Below are positions 1 through 10,407 of a stretch of 64,000 nucleotides of DNA, piece by piece. A program made the position numbers and the translations under genes. Source of the stretch: Takakia lepidozioides (taxonomy: Eukaryota; Plantae; Bryophyta); contig CM060734.1 of NCBI GenBank assembly GCA_030704615.1, forward strand, positions 18,414,001-18,478,000. Direction: 5' to 3'. Positions within the stretch are counted from its first letter, which is position 1. Each line of letters opens with the position of its first letter. The notes under the pieces are model-generated. The model ran no database searches. It worked only from the letters and a program-made list of their open reading frames with translations, and was not told the origin of the DNA.

Positions 1-24
1 TGTATCTGCAATATGGGTTGATAA

Positions 25-1458
25 CTAGTGCCGAGAGTGGGTAGACCCTTGAGGTCATCCATGATGTCCTCCCCCATGTCACAGACTGGAAACAAGTTCA
101 GGGAAGTTTTCTGCCTAACTTCATTTTCATCAGACAATTTCCTGGCAACAGACATGGCTTTGGACACTACAGCCTCTAAGTCAGATTTATCCAGCAGGGT
201 TAAGACTTCGGGCTAAGATTCAGATCCTTGAGAATTTCTTCTACTCTCATCCGCCAGGACTTAGCCTGTTTGACAGGGCGGTCCTGTTTCCAAGATATAG
301 AGTCGATTAACTCGGGATATCTGGTGTTGGACATGTGTTGCAGCTGACCCCACCATCTGACCTTGAATTCATCTCGTCGGGAGCTTAAGGAAGGGATGCC
401 AAACTCAACCCGAACAGCCACATTGGGTTTTGGAGCATGCTGACATGCACTCCTTAAGCACCCCCACTTGAATGGATTCTAGAGACTTAGTGAAATTTAA
501 ACTCAGGGCGGGAAGCCTACCTTTGAACAGCAACAGAGGCAGAGAGGAACGGGAGAGTGCAATTGCCCGTTGTGTGGGCAACCTGAAGACAATATTCATT
601 TTCTGATTCATTGTCGGGGGTGAGAGAGACGCTCTCTTAGAATCTATCAAGGGAATTGTGCCTGTACCTCTGTTTACCAACTTTGAAAGTCTCGAGGCTG
701 AGCCAAAAGCCCAGGCCCTTTGGGGCCTAGTTATTGGGCAAACCACACACAGCAGGTTGATGCTCGTGTAAAGGGATTTCTAGAGGATATTTGGAAAACC
801 TAGATCAATTGTTTATTCCAAGTCCTACTACCGGCGTCAGCCCCTGACAAAGATAGGTTCTGTCCCTTTGTGTTCCGCTCAAAGAGGGCGCAGGGTCAAT
901 GGCCACAAGGCGACGGCAAACAACGTCTTATGAGTACATTCTCTCTCCCTCTCTCTCTCCTTTGAACTGGGCGGGTCAATGGCCACAAGGCTACGGCAAA
1001 CAACGTCTTATGAGTACAATCTCTCCTTTGAACAGCAAACAGAAGCAGAGAGGAAAGGGGGATTGCAAATGCCCGTTGTGTGGGCAACCTGAAGACATTA
1101 TTCATTTCCTGATTCTTTGTCCTGGGTACTCTCACCAGAGGGACGCCCACTTCAAATCCATATAAGGGATTTGTGCCTGTACCTCTGTTTACCAACTTTG
1201 AAAATCTTGAGGCTGAGCCAAAAGCTCAGGCCCTTTTGGGGCCTAGTTATTGGGCAAATGACACAGCAGATTGATGCGTGTGTAAAGGGATTTCTAGAGG
1301 ATATCTGGGAAACTCAGATTGATCGTCTGTTCCAAGGTAGGTCATACTACCAGCATCAGCCCCTGACAAAGGTAGTTTCTGTCCCTTTGTGTTCCGCTCA
1401 AACTGGGCATAGGGTCAATGGCCACAAGGCTACGGCAAACGACGTCTTATGAGTAAAT
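25..1458 (+). mobile_element. Cluster of 3'-terminal fragments of an APE/RT LINE (25-490 inverted, 491-939, 968-1019 and about 1025-1458 forward)
   Basis: Closely similar to the 3' part of the LINE at 56030-58998 (CPLCG..HFLIxCP zinc finger, terminal GGCCACAAGGCTACGGCAAACAACGTCTTATGAGTA). The 968-1019 piece is flanked by TSD TCTCTCCTTTGAAC. Confidence 0.9.
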
Positions 1459-1575
1459 TCTCTCTTGCTGTCACTCTCTCCCAGGCCCTTGCGAGCCCTG
1501 GTCATTGCAAAGGTTCATTCTTCTTCTCTGATATAACAAATCTCTTTCTTTCTTTTTCTCTCGCGACAAATCTGT

Positions 1576-4500
1576 ATGAATTCAATCTCTTCTGAAAGAA
1601 ACCCTTTCTTGAACTTTTATGGTCAGGCCTATGGAGTAAACAATTCTGGGAGTGAATCAGGATCTGATGCTGCTGACGAATTAGCGGACAGGGCTCCAGA
1701 TTTGGCAAGAGAGCAGCGGGATGAATCTGATCTGCTGCCAGGAACTGGGGGCCAATTTACAGTTGGACCAGAGAAACGGTTTCTGTTGCTTAGCCAGGGG
1801 TTCCCAGCAAAGCTTGTTGAGCAGGCCATTCGAGAGTTGGGTGAGTGAATTCCTTCCACTAAGTGCAGAAGGCTTAGTGAAGGTGAGCTGCCTAGCAATT
1901 GCTGGTTCCCCAGACCAATAGAACGGAACTCTATAAATGTTTTTGGACATGCACACAGTAGACAAGCAAGAAAAGATAGCCATTAGGGTTAACAGTGACA
2001 CCTTGTTGGAAGTGCAGGTGAAGGAGAGGATTATAACATACTGTTAGATCACACTTTGCACCTGACTTCCCAGCAAAGCAGTGGAGCATCAACCTCGGTG
2101 TGTTGGAGTTACCTTCACTGATTGACCATGGTTACTAGCTTCTTTGCATTGATTGGTCCTCTATCCATGGATGTGATTGGCCTTCACTGTTCTCCCACAG
2201 CATCCCAAATATGAGATGAAATTGAGCTTTGCAATCGTTTGTGGCTGATGGCAGGAACCCATTAACTATGATGCGATAAACACTGTGGAAAAGCTTGTGA
2301 AGGAGTTCAAGTTCTCAGCTAAGGCTGTTGAAAGAGCTGTGAAATGCTGTCGTAAGTGCCTGCACCCGGCTTGGTATTAGCTCAACTTCCACATTCTGAA
2401 GTGAAAAAACTGATGTGTAGCATGACATTTGCAGACACCCCAGTGTGGAATGCACAGGAGAGCCAGATTGCTGATTTGATAGATTTTCTTCAGGCTCATG
2501 GCGAAGAGCTGGAGAAAGTGAGTACCGTTTTACCTGTCTTAATATGTGTCTGCCCTAAGTGTTTGTGGGTCTTCCTGCAAGGTTGTATTTTGTCTCCTAC
2601 AATATTGGTTGGAAGGGAGATATAATGTGTCATGTTGCCATTTTTTGTTCCTCTGGACATAAATCTGCTGCGTTTTCTTTTCTTTTGAGTTGTTTTTGTC
2701 TTTGTTTTTGTGGTTCTACATTATAGTTGTACTTCGTCATTTGGATCTTTTGGATGTTTAAAAGTTCCCTCTTTCTGTTTTTCTCTCTTGGGGCCAATGG
2801 CCACAAGGCTACGGTTAACAACGTCTTATGAGTACATTCTCTTGGGGGCTCCTCGTAGACATCTTTCACATTCTTTCTTTTTCTATGTCCCCTCTACTAC
2901 CAAATCTCAGGCTGCTACTTTCTACCCTTTTAGAGAGAACTTGTTGGGAGCCCCATTGTCCTCTCTTGTTTTCTTCCTTGTCCCATAATCTCTTCAAGCT
3001 TCCTGTGGATGTTATGTCTTCTCTCTGTACATGAGCATTATGCATGTTCAGGAAGTATAATACTCTAGCGGATTGAGACCCTGCTGAGGTTAGTGTCAAG
3101 TGGGACTGTAGCTTCAGGGGGAAGGTGAAGGACAACTCAGACAGTCGCTCTCATCATCCTTTCTTTCTATGTATTTCTTTGTTTGCTACCCATCCTTGTC
3201 CCGCTTTTGGATTGCTGTGGATGTTATTGCATTCAGGTCTTGATCTTCTTTCATGTACACTTTCTGTATGTGCTATTTTTCTTACAAGGGGGTTTCTGTT
3301 TGAATGACAGGATGTGGACGCCATTGCAGGTATTTGGCAAGATGATTGCTGGGTGAGGGGAGAATTGGCAGAGACAATAGCAAGGAAAAGGGGGAAGCAC
3401 AAGGTTATGGAGTGGCTTGGCGATGCTAGAATTTCAAATTATAAGCAAGGGAAAAAGGTTCGCTTATCTGAACAGTTTCAAATAATAGAGAAGCATAAAG
3501 GAGCTACAGGATTTGGACTTCCTGGAGAGCAAGTTCAGCCACGAGTCCTCAGTGATGACATTAGAGGCGCACCCTTCTTCTACTTCGAGAATGTTGCAAG
3601 TATGCCAAACGACGAATGGGCTAGGATCCGAAGGCATCTATTCGACATAGAACCCGAGTTTGTAGATTCTCTACATTTTTCAGCATGCAGACGGCCCCGA
3701 GGTTATATCCATAATCTTCCAATTGAAGGAAGGGTGAAAGTTCTGCCTGATCCTCCAATGACTATTCAAGAGCTTATGCCGCAAACTCGAGCGTTTTGGC
3801 CTCACTGGGACAATCGCACCAAGTTGAACTGCATCAGCACCAAGAAGGGTTCAGAATTCTTATCCAAGAAGTTGGACTTGCGAGCCACCTTAGAGTCTGG
3901 AAACATGGATGACCCTGTGAAGCAAAAAGAAATCATGAAATGGTGCAGAAGGTGGAATCTGGTGTGGACAGCTCCCAACATTCCTACACCCATCTCAGAG
4001 AACGAGATTGAGGTATGTGCCAGGCCCATCCATATTTCAGATACCCACTGTATGTGTATAGAGCAGTTTATTCCTATATTTGTAGTGAGCAAGAGCCGGC
4101 ACCTATTTTCCATCAGAAGTCATCCATTGAACTAACATTGTACCATTTTAATCTGTCACTGTGATCAGACATGTTTGGGGTTTGATAGGGATCACACGCG
4201 GGCAAACTTCAATTCAAGTGCACGGTTTGCAGCGTTGGGGAACAGCTTCTCTGTATACACAGTTGCGTTTCACTTCTCAGTGCTACGACAACTCTACCCA
4301 GGTGGCATCAAGGTGCTATCGCTATTTTCAGGGATTGGGGGGGCAGAGATAGCCCTCCACAAGTTAGGCATAAAGCTCAAGGTAGTTGTTTCTATTGAGA
4401 TCATTGAAGGTACCCGTCGTTGCATTCAGGCTTGGTGGGCAGCCAGCAAGCAGACCGGTGTTCTCGACCAGAGTTTTCATGATGTAACCTCCCTGAGACG

Positions 4501-4693
4501 GGGAGATTTATTGAACCTTGTTAGGAAGTACAATGGGTTCGATTTGATTGTTGGGGGCAGTCCGTGTAATAATCTGTCTGGAAACAACCATGTCACCCGC
4601 ACTGGGTTGGAGGGAAAGCACTCCAGTGTTTTTTTCGAGTTCTCACGGGTTGTCTCAACCGTCCGTGAGTTTATGGGGGCAGGCCAGACATAG
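1576..4693 (+). CDS. DRM2: DOMAINS REARRANGED METHYLTRANSFERASE (DRM-type de novo DNA cytosine-5 methyltransferase), about 583 aa; exons 1576-1840, 2018-2097, 2255-2351, 2435-2517, 3311-4012, 4169-4693
   Basis: GT-AG exons join in frame. UBA-like N-terminal segments, then the permuted motif order FFYFENVA ... LGNSF ... VLSLFSGIGGAE ... DLIVGGSPCNNL typical of DRM; catalytic PC intact. Confidence 0.93.
2794..2837 (+). mobile_element. 44-bp 5'-truncated LINE insertion in DRM intron 4
   Basis: LINE terminal sequence flanked by a 10-bp TSD TCTCTTGGGG (2784-2793, 2838-2847). Confidence 0.85.
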
Positions 4694-5939
4694 CTTGCTG
4701 CTGTCCAGGTTTTTTGAGGCTGGACATTTCTCTCTATATGTGTCTGTCTCTGAACAATGTATGATGAGTACATTCTATGTGTCTGTTTCTTTGCCCTGTT
4801 TGGAAATTTATGTCATGGTGGTGAGGTCAAAGCACATTGCCAATGCATTTCTGTACAAGGGGGCTTCTTGGCGACCATAATTACAAATAGGTCATGGCTG
4901 CAATTATTAAGAGTCCTATTTCTCATCTTCGTATGTGTTTGAAGATCTTCAGGCTGTCCACTGACAAATTCAATCAATTCGAAGCTTGGCTGATTTTGAG
5001 GAGATAATGCAAGAAGGTAATGCAAGAGTGCGATCTCTGACAGCACAGTATGCTGGTTTCTGGTATGTTAGTTGGTGTGCATATATATGTCTATGTTCAT
5101 TTGCCACGTCAATTCATTTATTTGTCACTCAAAAGTAAAAAAAACCGGGATCGATTGGAAGTTACAAATGACTAGTTACAACAGACATGGTAGTTGGATC
5201 AGACATCCAATGATTGGAGTGGTAACAGAGACAGAGACGCGTCAACGACTGCTCATCAATTATTGCGATTATTACTGAGTCACCACGTGGCGTAACCAGG
5301 CCAACCGCCCGTGTGTATGACCTTTTGGGCTGACTTTGACTTTTCCATCCGCATGAGTGGAGTGACTCGCCGGACCGCTGTGACACATGGACGCGGACGC
5401 GGATGCGGACGACGATGTGGCGGCGCCGTGACGAGCAACACTGCTGCCACGTGTCCACGGCCCGGGACGCCATGTGGTAGTCGACCACATAACTTGCAGT
5501 GCTACATGCCTAGTGGCAACTGCGACTGCGAAAGTCGGTGCAACTACTGCTTTACTACTTTAAATGAAGTGCTCGAAATTACTTGAACAATCATTCATAA
5601 TGGTTCATGCTTTGAAGTTTTGGTGTTTGTAGTGAGCCGACTAGTACATACGCATGTAATGCCATACAAGAGAACTAATCATGTCATTAGAAATGCGAAA
5701 ACGATGAAAGACATGCCTAGAAACAAAATGAAATGAAATGAAACAAAATGGTACTTTATTACATCTGTGGAAAGCTCAAAGAGCTTATGGAACAAAATGA
5801 AAAAACCAAAGTAAAAAAGCAACCCAAAGCTATTACTGCTCTGGGGATTGCCTAAGGGTCAAAGCCTCGTGCAGGTAAGCTGCCAAGCAATTGTGATCCT
5901 CATAATGCAAGACTCAGTGGCAAATTGAGTCCCATGGAA

Positions 5940-6650
5940 TAGACCATCTATGGACCCACACTCTATCTTTGCTCCTTCAGCTACCCATGCCTCTGCACAA
6001 ATCATGCATTCATCATTGCCTTGCTGCTAGTAGCTGACAATGACAGCCTAAATTTATTCTAGGAAACACCCAACTCAGCTTATCATACTAGTTCCTATGC
6101 TGAATTGCGTCTGCTACTCTTTGAAATGTAACATGCATTCACCTTTCTGCCTCCCATCATTGACTGGGGTCAAAAAAATATTCATTCCACAACTTCTCCT
6201 CATCTCTGTTACTTGTTTTTTGATACTTTCCTATTGTCACATTGGCAGTATCGTGTCAAAGTCACTCTAAACTAGATTCACTCAACCAGCTCACTTGCAT
6301 AATTCAACATGGAAATTAGGGCCGATTCTGATAAGAGGGAAAAACAGGGTGAAATGTGCTGAAGAAGATGTCTTCATTAGTAGTGCCTGATTTTATCCTT
6401 GTGCCGCTGCTGCCAGTTGACCATCTACCCATGTAGGTTTTTTGTAGCTATTCGTCCATAGGGAATCATAGGTAATCTTGTGCTTGAAATCTGGCCCTCT
6501 TGGAGGAATCTGGACCAACACTCTATCCCTGCTCCTTCAGCTATCCATGCCTCTGCACAAATCATGCATACATCCTTGCCTTGCTGCAATGATAGCCTAG
6601 AATTCTTCCAGCAAGCACCCCAACCATACTTATCACACTAGCTCCTATGA
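5940..6650. repeat. Duplicated segments (about 5940-6100 and 6380-6650) also present at about 22180-22395, upstream of the PPR pseudogene
   Basis: Shared ACACTCTATC..TGCTCCTTCAGCTA..TGCCTCTGCACAAA..TCATGCAT..TTGCCTTGCTG block in three direct copies. Confidence 0.75.
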
Positions 6651-7065
6651 ACTGAGGACTCTTAGCCTATTCAACCTTGGCACTAGTACATGTTTTGATT
6701 TCCATGTATTAGTTGGGTGCTCATGCCAGTATGTACTGCATTCCACACCTCAGTTGAACCAAAGTAACCTTTAATGGTGGAAGGTAAGGGATTCCTTTTA
6801 ATTTGAGGCCTTGAGTCTGTTCTCTATAGGATAGGCCCAAGCAACCAAATCATATGAAAGAAACTGAATAGTAACGGTAGGATCTCCCTCCCAGTGTCTC
6901 GGACTAGTCTATGTTCCTGGTTCAGCAATCACATGCAGCGAACCAAGTTTTAAAAAGTTCAACCCAAGCTAGTTGACAAATATCCATCTTTTCTAGGTAC
7001 CAAACTGGAATGGAACATATAAGTAAAGAGCAGTGGAAGCACCTGAGGTTGAAGGGAGGGCATAT

Positions 7066-7972
7066 CGGGTGTCAATCTCTCCCCACTCATCACCTGCGAA
7101 AGATCCATCTTCCTTTTGCAAACTGCCAATATCTGTGCCCATCTGAATCAAGGACGTCAGAATTACGAGATTTGTACTAATCTTGATGACAAGTCTTGAA
7201 CCTGGTCTGGAATCCTACGTGCCCTGGCCCCTTCATCTCCATATCTCTCACTGTCATCTTTGTTGTTAAAAGAGGATATCCCAGATTTCATTTCCTATTT
7301 TGGGCCAAAAATGGAAAACTCGTCGTGCCCAACCCTACAGGTGCACCATATCCAGAGTCAAAATGGGAAGATACATGAAGCAATTATGTCCGCATCAACT
7401 ACGTGAAGTTTGTCGAACAGCGCCAATATGTGTACTGCATTGATGCTGTAGAGAATGTGCGGATCATGCCCATGATCCCCCCAAAACCACCTACACAGAA
7501 CCATCATGCTTTTATAGGCATACTTGCAATCATCAAACATATCAGACTGATGTAATGTGTCATCCTTGTTACTCTACAGAGCACTATAGTGTCCACCTTG
7601 TTACTCATGTAATTTAACCAAGATATAGCCTGGATAATTCCACTCAGTGAATCGCTGCAGTTGTAATTCCTGCCCATTGAGTTTGAACTTCTCAAATGAT
7701 CCCATCATGACTGTTGTGATCCATAAATCAATCACTCTTCAATATTAACCAAATTATGGGGTTAACCATGGCTGGTGCAGATACACATGAAAGAAAGACG
7801 AATTGGGGGTGAAACATCTCAACGAGGGAGAGAGAGTTAACTTGACTCATCCTGGCATTTTAGAAGCCAGGCCACAATTTCATTGGCGTCCATGTCTTCA
7901 AGGCAGCCGATGATGTCCATTGCAATGAGCCCCCAGTATGCCCCACTCATGCGAAGGTGCTCCATTACCAGC
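7066..7972 (-). pseudogene. Three-exon internal fragment of Rab geranylgeranyltransferase type II beta subunit (RGTB-like)
   Basis: Minus-strand exons translate as VMEHLRMSGAYWGLIAMDIIG..EIVAWLLKCQDES, GGFG/DHGHDPHILYSINAVHILALFDKL and IGSLQKEDGSFAGDEWGEIDTR. One frameshift, a mutated donor, and no flanking exons. Confidence 0.85.
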
Positions 7973-8179
7973 CCTCCACAAGCAGCCCAGAAAACATTAT
8001 TGATGGAGCTTAAGGGATGATAAGGGACTGCTCAAAACATGGAAGGAAATAGACCAGACATAGGCCTCCACAAGCATGTGAAAAGAACCTGTAAATGGGC
8101 CAGTGGAACTTCATAATTGGTACTCAATGAGAAAATGAAACAACAAAGACAGAAGCATTAACGAGTTTTGCCTCATGTG

Positions 8180-9760
8180 CAATCCGGGTGATATTTGCAG
8201 GTCCTGCCATCACTATGCTCCATGACACCACATTGCATACAGCCCCTTAGCTGCCCAACACTCCCTTTGCATCCTTTGTATACCCACACTTGACATACAT
8301 GTCCACCAGGGCAGCTTTCAGAATGACATCTGATACAATCACTACAGCTGTGACGATGCCACCGTGGACCTCTTCTCCATTTTCAGGGCTGCCAAGCTTG
8401 CACATGTGCTCAGTTGAGGTCTCCAAAACCTCCCTCCGCTGCCCATGCCGCTGCCTATCAGATGCTTTGGGTAGCAAGAACAATTTTCCCTGGCCAACAT
8501 TGAATATGTGGATGTCTATGCATGGACTTTTCACAACAATGCAGCCAATGAATGGATTGGTTACCGGTTGTGTTCAGAATGACATCTAGTACAATTCCAG
8601 CTTTGATGTTATCCCCATGCATCTCTTTGCCCTTGTCCAGGGCTCGGTGCACCCACATTTTGCATACATGTCCACCAGGGTATTGTTCAGAATGACATTT
8701 GTACAATTCCAGCTCTGAAGATGTCGCCATGGACCTCTTTCCCCTTTTCCAGAGCTGACAGGGTAGTGTTCAGAATGACATTTGGTACAATTCCAGCTTT
8801 GATGATATCCCCATGCACCTCTTTGTCCTTGTCCAGGGCTCGATGCATCCACATTTTGCATACATGTCCACCAGGGTATGGTTCAGAATGACATTTGGTA
8901 CAATTCCAGCTCTGAAGATGTCGCCATGGACCTCTTTCCCCTTTTCAAGAGCTGCTAGGGTAGTGTTCATAATGATACTTGGTACAATTCTAGCTTTGAT
9001 GATATCCCTATGCACCTCTTAGCCCTTGTCCAGGGCTCGATGCACCCACATTTTGCATACATGTCCACCAGGGGTATGGTTCATAATGATATTTGGTACA
9101 ATTCCAGCTCTGAAGATGTCGCCATGGACCTCTTTCCCCTTTTCCAGAGCTGCCAGGGTAGTGTTCAAAATGACATTTGGTACAATTCCAGCTTTGATGA
9201 TATCCCCATGCACCTCTTTGCCCTTGTCCAGGGCTCGATGCACCCACATTTTGCATACATGTCCACCAGGGTATTGTTCAGAATGACATTTGGTACAATT
9301 CCAGCTCTGAAGATGTCGCCATGGACCTCTTTCCCCTTTTCCAGAGCTGCCAGGGTAGTGTTCAGAATGACATTTGGTACAATTCCAGCTTTGATGATAT
9401 ACCCATGCACCTCTTTGCCCTTGTCCAGGGCTCGATGCACCCACATTTTGCATACATGTCCACCAGGGTATGGTTGAGAATGACATCTGGTACAACTCGA
9501 GCTCTGAAGATGTTGCCAGCATGGACCTCTTTCCCATTTTCCAGAGCTGCCAGGGCAGTGTTCATAATTTCATTTGGTACAATTCCAGCTTTGATGATAT
9601 CCCCATGCACCTCTTTGCCCTTGTCCAAGGCTGCCAGGCTTGCACAAGCATTGCAAATGCACACAAACATGATGTGGCCAGGCTTCACCCCTTCCCCCAT
9701 CATTTGATCATAGGTCTCCAAAGCCTCCATCCCATGTCCCTGTTGTGCATACCCTGCAAG
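8180..9760 (-). pseudogene. PLS-class PPR pseudogene, 3' half (continues from 21509-22169 across element A)
   Basis: LAGYAQQGHGMEALETYDQM..GVKP..FVCICNACASLAALDKGKEVH..NTLVDMYAKCG motifs; many frameshifts. Confidence 0.9.
8590..9630. repeat. Tandem repeat, about 197-bp unit x about 5, inside the PPR pseudogene
   Basis: GGCTCG(A/G)TGCA(C/T)CCACATTTTGC recurs at 8641, 8837, 9034, 9232 and 9429. Confidence 0.9.
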
Positions 9761-10407
9761 CAACGACGCAATGGCGTGAGCGTTGCGCGTGAGCGCGCGA
9801 GCGTACGCTCACGCAGGAGTGACGTGGCGTGAGCGTACGCTCACGCCAGCTGACGTTGCGTGAGCCTGCACCCACGCTGACGTGGCGTGAGCGTCATGTC
9901 AGCATGCTGATGTGGCGGCAAATGATGACGTGGCACTGTCCGTCATCTGCCACGTCAGCATTAACATGCGCCGCCTATAACCGAGGATGGTCCTATGACT
10001 GTGGAATTAATGCAGGGAATCTTGCCTAAATAGAATCAAGACTACCATGAGGCCTACAATTGTAGCATCCAACATTGTGCAATTACAAATGCTTGTTTCA
10101 CTTTTACAATTACGAGGACGAGAAAATATCCTCACAAAGTGTGCGCCATAGAGGCTGCCACGGGAAGACCTTCCTCCCTCCTCAAATAACAATGAGAGTT
10201 AGGATCATCTTCAAAAGATGATTGTAGTGCATAGCGACAGCAAGAGATGTAGACTTCGAACGGTGCACTGACAAATGTGTTTTTAAAAGTTGTCACTCAG
10301 AGCTCACTCCGTATAGTTGGAGGCCATATCATTGCACCGCCGACGAATTGATGTGAATTACACATTTCAAATCATGGTCATCCACATACCACATTGCATA
10401 GTTGATG

